NCBI GenBank assembly: GCA_001600815.1
Contig: BCKZ01000015.1
Location: 186,001 to 250,000 of the forward strand
From: Alloascoidea hylecoeti
Lineage: Eukaryota
Direction: 5' to 3'
Length of the DNA: 64,000 bases
Each line of letters starts with the position of its first letter. Positions within the stretch are counted from its first letter, which is position 1. The position numbers were made by a program, and so were the translations under genes. Below are positions 34,926-46,812 of the stretch, piece after piece. Below the pieces are notes generated by a model. It was not told the DNA's origin. It saw nothing but the letters and a program-made list of their open reading frames with translations, and did no database searches.

Positions 34926-36934
34926 TTAAATTTGATGGTTTGATAAGTAAGATATCCTGCTGATAAAAAACTGTTACAGTATTATAATTATTGTGGTATA
35001 GATAATAATTTTTAGTAATCATCATGTGTAAACTTAGTAAACTATACATATCAAGTTTATTTATTATTATAACTAGATTGGTAAACCTCATAAATTCTAT
35101 ATCTTCTGAGTTATGTCTCCAATGAGACCTCGATGTTGAAGTGAATTAAATTGATCTACACATATAGAATTATGTTGATCGATGTTGAAAGTGATTAATG
35201 AAGATGCTCAAACAATGTAACACAATATTAATATTGCCGGAGATCGTGTCTGTCGAGTAGAAGCAAAGGATAAGCCTGGCTTTCATATTTAAATGGATAA
35301 GTATATCTTTGCGCTTAGTCAAGGCCTAGGACCATCGTACAATTATACACGTGCCATGAACAGCCTTATGCTTCATCAAGCATTTCTCTATTCCGAATTC
35401 CAATAGAACATAAATTGTTAACTATAAAATAATTTTTATTTATCAATCCCTTGGTTCCTTCCCATCCATTTTAAATAAGTTAATAGTAGTGCATTCACCA
35501 AAAAAAGTTTATTGCCACCTTTTCCATGTTGCCATAAACGTCATCGGCATGTGTCACCTTTTTGCTTTCTTATTAGAGTATATCAAATGGACGACGTATC
35601 CTAATCTTGACAAATGAACCTATTTTGTTGACCCTGGATTTTTTTGTAGACTTTCTTTATTTCATCCCACCTTAATTTCTCGTCTTCTTATTTCTCTAAG
35701 TATTCTTCAATCCAGCGCTTAACAATTAGCTTTGGTATCAATCTCTCCTTTTATGAATTGGTCCATTTCAGCCTTCTTCAAGAGTTCCTACATCTTTTTA
35801 GTATGATTCATTGATCATGATATCGAGACCTTTCTTTGAGCATATTAATATCGGGTTGTTCTTTCTGTATCTTGATCTTGGAACTTGTGTTGATTCTAAA
35901 TTTAGATCTAGTTCTTATTGAGTCAACCCCTAAAATATTTGCCCAAAGAAATTTCATCGGATCATATTCATCATCTAGATCAGTGATTTGGCGATTGTAA
36001 ATTTGTATTCTCAAGAAACTCGAGTATCGCATAAACCTTATATTTTTCTTCCTGTTAACATTCAACTTGCTTGTTCCCCTAATATTAATGGATCACATAA
36101 TCATAATTTACCCAGGAGCACCGATCTACAAATAAGATTTCATCAATTTTGTCTTATAACTCAGGAATTATTAATGTTTGTTAATTTAGAAATTATTGGT
36201 CTGAACACGAAGAATGATTTCTCAGCTTCAACAAATGAGCGGTGTACAAATAGAAGATCTGTAAGCAGTTTATATGTTAAGAATACTTAAATACAAATTC
36301 ATTTATCGATTATATGTTTTTAATTTTTGATGAAGAAATTATAGGAAGCAAATGAATCAAATTATTTTAGTTCCGAATGCTTCTTCAATCTCCATCGCGA
36401 TCGCGCTTCTCCTTACCAGTAATACACATCGCTCAATGCACATTCCTAACTCAAATATCTGGCATCAATTATATATCTGCCTACTCTATCAAACATAACC
36501 TCTATTTACCCATTAGAAGATCTCGTCTTCAAGTCATTCAATATTTTACAAATTTGTCATTGTATCCTATAAGTTATATGCATGCGCGCATAGACAATAG
36601 AAGTTAATTATAAGCTTCATACTTGCATTTATTAATCGTCCTTCAATGGCAGTAAATACCTAATTATACTAGATTCAATGCAATATCTGTAAAACTTTTT
36701 GCACTATTTTCCATTTCTAATCTGGGGGAAAGTGTGAGGAACTATGAGGAATTGTGAGGAATTAGTAAAATAAATATTAACTAGCTTTTTATGCTACATA
36801 TCACGTGCAGGGTATATCTCGGCCGAGACCATATAGAACTCAACAATAAAAGTTTACAGATTCCCCACTTTTCACTTATATTCTAGTTTTTAGTTAATTC
36901 TCAATTGATTAAAATTTTCCTAACCTTTTTTTCA

Positions 36935-38635
36935 ATGTCAACTATTGCAAGATACGCTGGAAGTAAATTATTTGCAAGAGGACTTAGTTCCGTTGCTCAA
37001 TTATCAGCTATTAAAGTCCCACCAGTTACCAATGCTCCAATCAAAGATTTTGTCGCCGGTTCTAAAGATCGAGAGTTATTAGCAAGTTCAATTGAAAGGT
37101 TATCTAATAAAGATCTCAATATTCCTTTGATTATCAATGGTAATAGAATCTTTTCTGATAAGAATACCATAAATCAGGTAAATCCTGCAAATCATGACCA
37201 GGTGCTTGCAAAAGTTTCACAAGCTTCAGAACAAGATGTCAAAGAAGCAATTCAAGCCTCTATTGATGCTAAGTATGAATGGAGTAGAGCCCCATGGACG
37301 GACAGAGCTGCTGTGTTCTTAAAAGCTGCAGAATTACTTACAGGTAAATATCGATACGATATGCTAGCTGCTACAATGCTCGGTCAAGGTAAAAACATTT
37401 ACCAAGCTGAAATTGATTGTATTACAGAATTGGCTGATTTTTTTAGATTTGGAGTTAAATATGCTGAAGAATTATACAATACTCAGCCAGCCGAATCTTC
37501 TCCTGGTATCTGGAACAGGGCCGAATATAGACCCTTGGAAGGTTTTGTATATGCAGTTACACCTTTCAATTTCACAGCTATTTCAGGAAATTTGATAGGT
37601 GCGCCAGCTTTAATGGGTAACACTGTTGTTTGGAAACCATCCCAATCTGCTGTTTTATCAAACTATATCTTGTACAAGATTTTAGAAGAATCAGGATTAC
37701 CAAATGGTGTTATTAACTTTCTCCCTGGAGACCCCATCCAAGTTACAAAACCTGTTATTCAAGACCCTAGATTTAGTGCATTGCATTATACTGGATCAAC
37801 AGGGGTTTTTGTTGACTTGTATAAGAAAATTGCCAATAATATTGAAAACTACGCTGAATATCCTCGAATTGTTGGTGAAACTGGTGGTAAGAATTTCCAC
37901 GTTATTCATGAGTCAGCAGCAGTTGATCATGCTGCTATATCAACTTTAAGAGGAGCATTTGAATATCAAGGACAGAAATGCTCAGCAACATCAAGAGTTT
38001 ATATTTCCAAGTCCATCTGGCCAGAATTCAAAGAGAAATTGATTGATTTAGTGGAAGATATTTCAATTGGTAATACAACAAGTCCTCATGGGTTAGGATA
38101 TTTCATGGGTCCAGTTATTCATGAAGGTTCTTTTGATAAGCTTGCAAGTGCAATTGAAAAAGGTAAACAAGATCCAAAATTGGAACTTATAACTGGAGGT
38201 GATTATGATAAATCTAAAGGTTACTTTGTGAATCCTACTATATTTGTATCAAAGGATATTAACCATGAATTTTTCAAACAAGAATTTTTTGGACCATTAT
38301 TAACGATTTATGTATATGAAGATTCAGAATACGAAAATATATTAACTGCGGTTGATTCTGCCAATAAATACGGCCTGACAGGTTCTATTTTTGCCCAAGA
38401 TCGGGAAGCAGTTCGACTTGCTAGTGATAAATTATTGTACTCTGCAGGTAACTTTTATATAAATGATAAATCTACTGGAGCTGTTGTTGGACAACAATGG
38501 TTTGGTGGTTCTAGACAATCCGGCACTAATGATAAGAGTGGATCAGGTAACATTTTGAGTAGATTTGTTACTATTAGAAGCATAAAGGAGAACTTTGTAG
38601 AGGCTACCAATTACAAATACCCACATAACGATTGA
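36935..38635 (+). CDS. PUT2: Mitochondrial delta-1-pyrroline-5-carboxylate dehydrogenase
   Basis: Presequence-like N-terminus from ATG 36935. ATMLGQGKNIYQAEID, PFNFTAI, GETGGKNFH, FEYQGQKCSA and FGGSRQSGTNDK. Confidence 0.95.
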   Translation: MSTIARYAGSKLFARGLSSVAQLSAIKVPPVTNAPIKDFVAGSKDRELLASSIERLSNKDLNIPLIINGNRIFSDKNTINQVNPANHDQVLAKVSQASEQDVKEAIQASIDAKYEWSRAPWTDRAAVFLKAAELLTGKYRYDMLAATMLGQGKNIYQAEIDCITELADFFRFGVKYAEELYNTQPAESSPGIWNRAEYRPLEGFVYAVTPFNFTAISGNLIGAPALMGNTVVWKPSQSAVLSNYILYKILEESGLPNGVINFLPGDPIQVTKPVIQDPRFSALHYTGSTGVFVDLYKKIANNIENYAEYPRIVGETGGKNFHVIHESAAVDHAAISTLRGAFEYQGQKCSATSRVYISKSIWPEFKEKLIDLVEDISIGNTTSPHGLGYFMGPVIHEGSFDKLASAIEKGKQDPKLELITGGDYDKSKGYFVNPTIFVSKDINHEFFKQEFFGPLLTIYVYEDSEYENILTAVDSANKYGLTGSIFAQDREAVRLASDKLLYSAGNFYINDKSTGAVVGQQWFGGSRQSGTNDKSGSGNILSRFVTIRSIKENFVEATNYKYPHND

Positions 38636-38970
38636 TCTATAAGTTATATAATTTTAATATTTTGAAATAATTGCATGTATAATTTTGATTTTACTCTTTG
38701 TGTGAAGAAGTTCGTAACAGAAGCTGATCGCGAGACCAGAAAAGACTCGTTGAGACCAATGAGGGCAATTGATCATGAGGAGCCAAAAATAGATGTAAAA
38801 TTTAAATGTTGAGATTGTAGGTGGTCTCAGAAGTGAAGGTTGTAGCAATTGGATCAAATTATTTAGTGCTGATCCACTTTAAATTGCTGAATCCGCCTGT
38901 CACAGCTGCAAACCTTTTCTGATTTATACTTTTTGTTGCACTCTTTCTCTACGAAACAAGCACTCTTTCT

Positions 38971-39006
38971 CAGGTCCCATCACAGGTCCCATCACAGGTT
39001 CATCCA
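38971..39006 (+). repeat. 12-bp tandem repeat CAGGTCCCATCA x about 3 upstream of SSD1
   Basis: caggtcccatca caggtcccatca caggttcatcca. Confidence 0.8.
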
Positions 39007-39124
39007 CAGACAGACCCAACCTCCATTCCATCTTTTTTTTCTAGTTTCATTTCTCCGTTTCGCTGTTTCTTTCAACACCTTGGTCCTTAACGATTTGACT
39101 CTTTACCGTTTGCTATAAAGTTTT

Positions 39125-42100
39125 ATGTCCTCAAATCATCAAGACCAGTCCAGTAGCTCACAGGGCCCAACCTCAGGAAGCTCGGGAGGGCCTTCAGCAA
39201 CAAATTCCAACCAATCTCAGGCTTCTTCTAATCTGGCCATTCCAGGCCAGCAGCACAGGGGTTCCAGAAATCTTCACATTGCTCATCGTCGATCTCCTTC
39301 TGAATTGACCACTCTGATGAGTAGGTACTTCTATTTAGCTGCTAGTTTTATAAAACATGATAAATTACTAACCTTTGCTCTTTTCCCCCTTTTTAGTTGA
39401 ACAATTCAATCTTCAACGTCAGTTGGAGATGGTTCAAGCCCAGCACCAACAACTTCTAGCTCAGCAACAACAGTTGAGCCAGGGTGGCTTCATCCCCCAG
39501 CAGCCCTCAATGATGAACGTTCCAGGAACAAATGCTCCTCAAAGCTATATGTCAAATTCAGGCACGTTTGGTCAATTCTCCTCTGCTGCTCCTACGCCAC
39601 CACCTGGGTTTGGACCCACCGGCCATCGCAGAATTCAGTCATCAATTCCCGGAACATTAGGTCCTCCTCAAAATATGTTTGATAGGAGAAATAACAATAG
39701 TAATGATCAAAACCAAGCTCATGGAATGGGTCATAGCAGAAGACACTCCCTGGGAATTTCAGAGGCCAAAAAAGCTGCTGCTTTGGTTCAGTCACAACGT
39801 TCTTCAGGTACTGATTCCTCTTCTTCTGCTTCGGTTCCAGTTCCAGTTCCAGTTCCTATCCAGATTTCTGCTCCTACTTCAAATGCAACTTCTGCTCCAT
39901 CTTTCAAATTCCCTCCAACTCCTATCCAGGAAGTTGACACTCCTGTTTCACCAAACCCTCCGCCAAATGCTCATTCCAGATCTCAATCCCTGGCTTATGG
40001 CCAAAACCAGAGATCATCCTATCAAAGACCATCCTACCAGTTCCCACCCATGAAAGAAACCACACCTACTATTGGCCCTATTCCATCCCATGTGAGAGGT
40101 GGCTCAAATCAGTATGGTCATGGCCGTTCAAGCTCAAGTAATAACTGGCGACAATCCCAGAATCTTCAATCTAAAGATTATCTTACTGCTTCTGCATTTA
40201 CTCCTAGTCATGCGGGACGTGGATCGGTTTCATCTTCATCAGGTTTCCAAGGAGGATACGGTAATCAACGTAAAAGTTTGTTTGCCCCTTACTTGCCCCA
40301 ATCATCATTACCTGGGTTAATAGCTGAAGGTAAATTGGTTACTGGTATCCTACGTGTAAATAAGAAAAACAGATCTGATGCTTATGTTGCTACCGATGGT
40401 TTATTAGATGCTGATATTTTCATTTGTGGTTCTAAAGATAGAAATAGAGCCTTGGAAGGTGATTTAGTTGCTATAGAGTTATTAGTTGTTGATGAAGTAT
40501 GGGAGTCAAAGAAGACCAAAGAGGAGAAGAAAAGAAGAAAAGATGCGGCTTCTTCCTCTTCAAACGTTGATATTAGAAATGATGCCAGTACTCTAACCAA
40601 TACTAATTCAAACTCTTCTGGTAATAATGGTTCTACAGGTTTACAAAGAAAAGGTAGTTTAAAACAACGTCCAACACAAAAGAAAAATGACGATGTTGAG
40701 GTTGAAGGTCAAAGTTTGCTCCTCGTTGAAGAAGAAGAAATCAGTGATGATTATAAACCTTTATACACTGGTCATGTTGTTGCTGTTGTTGATAGAATCC
40801 CAGGTCAGTTATTTAGTGGTACTTTAGGATTACTCCGTCCATCTCAAGCTAGTAAGAGAAATGATGATAATAAGAAAAATGATAAGCCAAAGATTGTTTG
40901 GTTCAAACCAACTGATAAAAAAGTCCCATTAATTGCTATTCCAACAGAACAAGCTCCTGCAGATTTTGTTGAAAATCATCAAAAGTATGCTGATAAGTTA
41001 TTTGTTGCCTCAATTAAAAGATGGCCCATTACTTCTTTACATCCATTTGGTAATTTGGTTGGTGAAATTGGTACAATTGATAATCGCGAAACGGAAGTTG
41101 TTTCAATTATGCGTGATAATAACTTCATGTGTGATGAATATCCTAATGAATTGGATACAAATTATGTACCTGAAGGTGAAGAGCCAAAGGTAGTTCGTCC
41201 AGAAGATTTGGAATATTTAGAAACGATACCTGATCCAGAAACTTATGTAATCCCAAAAGATATTTCTGAAAAGAGAAGAGATTTTAGCGATGAATATGTT
41301 TTAGCTTTCAGCGCTGATGGATTATTATCCGATCAAGCATTTCACATTAAAAAAATATCTGAAGAAAGAATTGAATTGGCTATTCATATTTCAGATGTTA
41401 CAAGTTTCATTGATAACAAATCAGTTCTAGATAAAAAGGCTAAGAAAAGATCAACCACTGTATTTTTAGCTCAAAAAGCTGCTCATATGTTGCCTTCCAA
41501 ATTGAACAAATTGGTTTCATTTGCTGAATCTAAAGCATCATTAGCTATTACTATATCTTTTGAAATTGATACGGAATCTTTTGAAGTTAAAGATGTCTGG
41601 ATTGGAGAAAGTGTGATTAAACCAAAAAAATTGTTAAGTTATAATCTTCTCGATAAAGTTATATTAAATGAAGCAATCTCGAAGGGTGATGTGCCTTCAA
41701 AAGATAAATTAAATTCTGCTTCTATTGACTATATCAAGACTTTGGCGCTTGTATCACGAGAATTCAAACGTCAAAGATTACACAATCAAGAGTTGGATGA
41801 TTCTCATACTTTGTCATTACTTGATCAATTAGATGATGAACCAGTTTCTTTAAGCTTGAATATTTATGAAACTAAACCATCGACAAGAGTAATTAATGAA
41901 ATACTTATTAAAGTTAATACCGCAGTTGCAGAGAAATTATTTGCAAAATTGGGAAATAAAGCATTCTTGCGTCGCCAACCATTACCAACTTTACAAGCTG
42001 CTCAATCATTCATTAAGAAAGCCAAAGCATTGGGATATAATCTGAATACAGCATCTAGTTCCACTTTACAAAATGGAATCTTTAAAGTTAAAGATGTTAC

Positions 42101-43148
42101 TATCAGAAATGCTTTGCAGACATTATTGATTAAATGTATGTCTCGTGGTAAATATTTTGTTCCAGGTAAATGTGATGCTGAGAACACCAATCATTATATC
42201 TTTGATCTGGCTGTTTATACACATTTTACAAGTCCTCTACGTAGATATGCGGATCACATTGTTCATAGACAATTAAAGGCTATTCTTTTGAACACCGTGG
42301 AGGATTACGAGGAAACTGAAGATTCATTAAAAATGGCTGCTGATTATTGCAATTTTAAGAAAGATTGTGCTAAATCTGCTCAGGATCAATCGATTCATTT
42401 AATTCTGTCTCACACAATAAATGACATGTCAAAAACAACTGGACAATTAATTTGTATGGGTACTATCATTCAAGTTTATGAATCTGCCTTTGATGTATAT
42501 ATTCCAGATTTTGGTATTGAAAAAAGAGTTCATGGTGATCAATTACCATTGAAAAAGGCAGAGTTTGATAAGTCCTCTCGTGTTTTAGAATTGTATTGGG
42601 AGAAAGATGTTGATTCTGCCACTTTTATTCCTGAAGATGAAAGAGTTCCATTTGCTTATCATAAATCTATTAAGAATAGATATCGGGCATCGAGCATTGC
42701 ATCGGCGGCTGCTCAAGGTCGTGCTAGTATCGAGGGTAAGTTGGGTTTAAATGAAGATGCTACAAAGAATCTTGATATCGGAAATCTATCTTTGAATTCT
42801 AAATCTACTTCTGGATCTCCAGATGATTCTGGAAACGATAACCACTCGAAGAGCATGCCCTCTTCCCCTGCGCATGGTGCTACTCCTCAGGTTGATATTT
42901 TACAATCGCCTATTGATGCACCACAGCGAACTTCCTCATTGACTCTAAAGTCAGGTCTTTCAATACCAGGTTCACTATCCAACCCATTGAGTTCTTATCT
43001 TGAATCAACATTAACAAGAGTTGAAAATGAAGATTATATCCAAGAGATTAGGGAATTGAAGCAAGTTCCTGTTTTACTTCGTGCTGAAATTGGCATGGCC
43101 TTACCTTGTTTGACTGTTAGGGCAATTAATCCCTTTTTCAAGGGATAA
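39125..43148 (+). CDS. SSD1: Ssd1 RNB/Dis3L2-family mRNA-binding pseudonuclease; exons 39125-39320, 39397-43148
   Basis: Intron 39321-39396 (GTAGGT..TACTAAC..TAG) gives LHIAHRRSPSELTTLMIEQFNLQ. Also RKSLFAPYLPQ, YTHFTSPLRRYAD and HxRxxS Cbk1-type sites. The RNB catalytic Asp cluster is degenerate (FSADGLLSDQAF), as expected for Ssd1. Confidence 0.95.
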
Positions 43149-43587
43149 TTAAAACTTTATCATTTGCATTTTTAATCATTTAAGGAGTATTCAAATATAT
43201 TACTTTTGTAGTTTGCATTTATTTTATCCTTATTTGTGTTTGATGATTGCATGTTTTCCTTTAAGTTTGTTTGGAGTGAATATATATAAAAAAGCTAAAA
43301 AAAAAAGAGAATTAAAATTTTTATGAAAGTTATTAGAAAAAAGAGCCTATATTTTGCTTAAGCCTAAGTCTATAAAAATAATATGCATATGACTATAGCT
43401 ATGTATATTATAAGTAACCCTATACCTTAGGGTTACAAGCGTATTCAAAGTAAGAAATGCTATAATTTCCGTTTCACAAGAACTGATCTGTATCTTTCTC
43501 TATATCTTTACATATTATCGATCCTTAAACATCTTCATCCTTAAACATTTTCCAGATAACGTCATACAATCGCGAATAGTAAGCTAA

Positions 43588-46500
43588 CTAACTCATGAAT
43601 CCATCAATATCAAGGTGATCCAACACTCCAACGGAATAGCTTTTAGAATAAATATTACAATCTTCTACCGAGACCTTGGGTGTGTAAACATCCGGTATTG
43701 TAAAACTTGCAAGTGTATCATTGCTACTAGAATCTCTGACCGTCTTTGTGGAAGAAGTGCTATTCAATGTTTTAGAATTAGGCCGCGTTTTCCTATTATT
43801 AGCTTTAAACCATGATGGGGTTGTCAGGCTATGATAAAGCTGGTAGTCAGAACTATTGATGGGATCATTGGAGATCTTGGATGCTTTTCCGTAAATCTCG
43901 GCATCGCTTGAGTCTACTTCCAAAGAGGTTAACTTATTCACTAAGTTCTCAATATTTTCGCTATTGTACTTGAGAGTAAGAGAAACGTAATCTTCATTAC
44001 TAACCATTGGAAATTCACTTTCCATAGGAGGCTTCTCTGTAGTCAGTGATATATTTTTACGGCCTTTTTGTTCTGTTGTATTAGAGTGGGAGCGAGTTCT
44101 GGAATGTAATAACCACTGTATTGTTTCTTTGCTTTGCAAATATCTAGAAGGTGAGGATCCTCGAGATGAAGAATTAGAGCTATTGACAGTGGAGATAGAA
44201 CCCCAATCGGATTTATTATTGGTCGAAACGACCGGACTTGCTTTAAAGGCACTTGGAAATCTAATACCATCAAGAGGATGCAAATTTCCTTCTTCGGCAA
44301 TACTAATATTGCTGCTCCTGTCCGGTGAGATACTAGCACTATCACTATCTTGATAATTCAATGGCTCAGAGCTCAGGTTTGTTTTATCTTTGTCCCTATC
44401 ATGATGCTTTCTTTTTTCGTTCCATTTGGGCTTTCTTGATATAAAAGGCCCAACAAGTGATTTTTGAGACAAGTCATCATCAGCGCTTGTAATTGGCTGA
44501 ATGTATCGACTTGTAGAATTCATGTTATATTCAAAATTTGTTTCCAATGAAGTTAATAATCTTGGACGATAATACTCGTTCCAATAATTATCCCCAATTC
44601 CAGGGAAAGGCTCGAGTTTTCTTTTGAATAACTGGCCTGCCTGCTTTTCAAATATATCAAGCGACTCAAAGTCCTGAGCACCGTTATGTAAATTTCCATT
44701 TGTCCACCAATGTTGATAACTTATTTTATATTTATTTCGAGCAAAAAAGTCATTATGCAGATAATAGTCAGTATAAAGATCCCACAGCATAGGTTGGCCC
44801 TTTTCCCATACGTAATTTCCAAGGAATAAGTTGATTGCTTCTTGTCTCTGTTGATCTACAAATGAGTTTGAATAAAATCTTCTTATACTTTCAACCATAT
44901 CTCTTGAATGGCTGCTCCATTGGTTAATCTTACGATATGTCTCCATTGTATTCACTAAATGTGAGCCTCCATACTGTAATGCTATTGTATCACCATGATC
45001 GTGAAACATTTCAGTTAGTAGATTTACAGCGTCTGAGTCATACTCTAGTTCTATTGTTTCTATTATTCCCAATGATTTCAATTGATATCCTAATGCTTTT
45101 TTCCCAATAACAAATTGTGCAGCATTAGTTCTATCAAGACAATCGATACAATTTGTCCTACATACCCCCTTTTGAAATGACATACCCGATAAATTATAGC
45201 CATTGTGAAAAAATCCTGTTGTCTGCAGAGTTTTATCAGCGTAGTTTTCAAGATACTCAATAACATCCTGACCTCTTGATTTTGAAGCCCGACTCATATC
45301 CCAAGCTGTATAAAGGATTTTGTGATGTTTAGGAAGAAATGTATTAAGTTGCTTGATACACTGATCAAATTCCTTTAGAAGTTTTGACTCTCTTGGGGTT
45401 TTTTCTTTTGCTTTAATGAGATTTAAAACGAGTAGCGGCGTTCCATACCTTCGAAACATATCGTCAAAATGTAATGCAGCAGCACTAAAATAGGGATCAA
45501 CTATGTTTATTTCTATTGGAGGCTTTGGAGTCATATTGGAAACTTCCTGAGACCAATATAAAGGTATGCTTCCCCGATGCTGAACATAAGAAGTGTATCT
45601 TGAGGAATTATAATACCCAGTTGATGGATCATGAAAGGAAGTAGTTAGCATGTCACTAACAATCTGCTCAGATTCTACCTCATTTGCCACGTTACCTTGG
45701 TCGTTAACACCACGTTTTAAATATCTTGCACCTGCAAAATGGTGAGAGCGTCTTGCAATCAGCGTGATATAAACCCGTCTATCATACACCGATATATTCG
45801 ATTGATCAATAAACCCATGAATAATGGGTTGAAACCAGTCATAAACACGATCATATATCTCAAGAACCGGTCCTAATAGGGAATTATTCCAAACAAACAT
45901 TTCATTGTGTTCAAACACTGTTCCCTTTGGAACAAGTCCCAACGCTTTTTGTTTCTCCCTTGTAATGTTTGTTTGTAGTGTATTCGTAAGATCATAGGTG
46001 TAACTGAAGTAGAAAGTTTTGCTTATATCAAGATTTTGGAATGTTGAAAGAAATCTTGCTTCTTCCGAGTTTCGTGCTGGTTTTTTGTAGGTGCTTGAAC
46101 AGGCTACGGGTATTAATTCTGTAGCATCGATATGATAAATATAGTGCCCTCCCAAAATAGCAACCGTGCTCCTTTTTGTGATTATACTCAGATAGTAGCA
46201 TTCGGTAAATCTGATGAATCCCAAAAGACCCCATCCCGTCAGTCTATTCTTCAACCCACCTTCGGCTTCGGCTTCTTCTTTCAAGCCCTGGAGGACTTGT
46301 AAGATCTCGTGCCGCGTATAGAAAACGTTATCCTCAATAACACTAAGCTTTTGTTTAGGGACAGTCAGGTCGATCTCCAGTACACGATACATCGATTCTC
46401 TGGCATTAGAGCCAACGATGTACATTCTAGTTCTTGTCTCATATAGTGTATACTTCTGTAATTTGGGCTTGCGATGGTTGGAATCATCAAATAATTTATC

Positions 46501-46653
46501 AGGCTGTTCGGACTGCTCTTCCAATTGACGTATCGGCAAGCTCCTTGAACTTTCTCCAGCATCACTCTCTGAAAGATCTGGAAATTGAGGAACTGATCCA
46601 TCCAATGATCCCATGGGCTCGCCTAGCTCGCTGTTGTAATTGAAGTTGTCCAT
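43588..46653 (-). CDS. FIG4: Sac-domain PI(3,5)P2 5-phosphatase Fig4
   Basis: [17 protein letters not shown], catalytic [12 protein letters not shown], and [21 protein letters not shown]. Confidence 0.93.
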   Translation of the reverse strand: MDNFNYNSELGEPMGSLDGSVPQFPDLSESDAGESSRSLPIRQLEEQSEQPDKLFDDSNHRKPKLQKYTLYETRTRMYIVGSNARESMYRVLEIDLTVPKQKLSVIEDNVFYTRHEILQVLQGLKEEAEAEGGLKNRLTGWGLLGFIRFTECYYLSIITKRSTVAILGGHYIYHIDATELIPVACSSTYKKPARNSEEARFLSTFQNLDISKTFYFSYTYDLTNTLQTNITREKQKALGLVPKGTVFEHNEMFVWNNSLLGPVLEIYDRVYDWFQPIIHGFIDQSNISVYDRRVYITLIARRSHHFAGARYLKRGVNDQGNVANEVESEQIVSDMLTTSFHDPSTGYYNSSRYTSYVQHRGSIPLYWSQEVSNMTPKPPIEINIVDPYFSAAALHFDDMFRRYGTPLLVLNLIKAKEKTPRESKLLKEFDQCIKQLNTFLPKHHKILYTAWDMSRASKSRGQDVIEYLENYADKTLQTTGFFHNGYNLSGMSFQKGVCRTNCIDCLDRTNAAQFVIGKKALGYQLKSLGIIETIELEYDSDAVNLLTEMFHDHGDTIALQYGGSHLVNTMETYRKINQWSSHSRDMVESIRRFYSNSFVDQQRQEAINLFLGNYVWEKGQPMLWDLYTDYYLHNDFFARNKYKISYQHWWTNGNLHNGAQDFESLDIFEKQAGQLFKRKLEPFPGIGDNYWNEYYRPRLLTSLETNFEYNMNSTSRYIQPITSADDDLSQKSLVGPFISRKPKWNEKRKHHDRDKDKTNLSSEPLNYQDSDSASISPDRSSNISIAEEGNLHPLDGIRFPSAFKASPVVSTNNKSDWGSISTVNSSNSSSRGSSPSRYLQSKETIQWLLHSRTRSHSNTTEQKGRKNISLTTEKPPMESEFPMVSNEDYVSLTLKYNSENIENLVNKLTSLEVDSSDAEIYGKASKISNDPINSSDYQLYHSLTTPSWFKANNRKTRPNSKTLNSTSSTKTVRDSSSNDTLASFTIPDVYTPKVSVEDCNIYSKSYSVGVLDHLDIDGFMS

Positions 46654-46812
46654 GGTCGTAAGGCTTTTTTTTCCCGATCACCATGCATTAATATTTGGCA
46701 CGTTGTTTTATTTATAGGGAACACCCATATGAAAAATTAAAAGCATTTCCATAAAATTTTAATTTGACACTGATAATCAAAGCTTGAAAGGACACACAAA
46801 ACAGCAAACACA

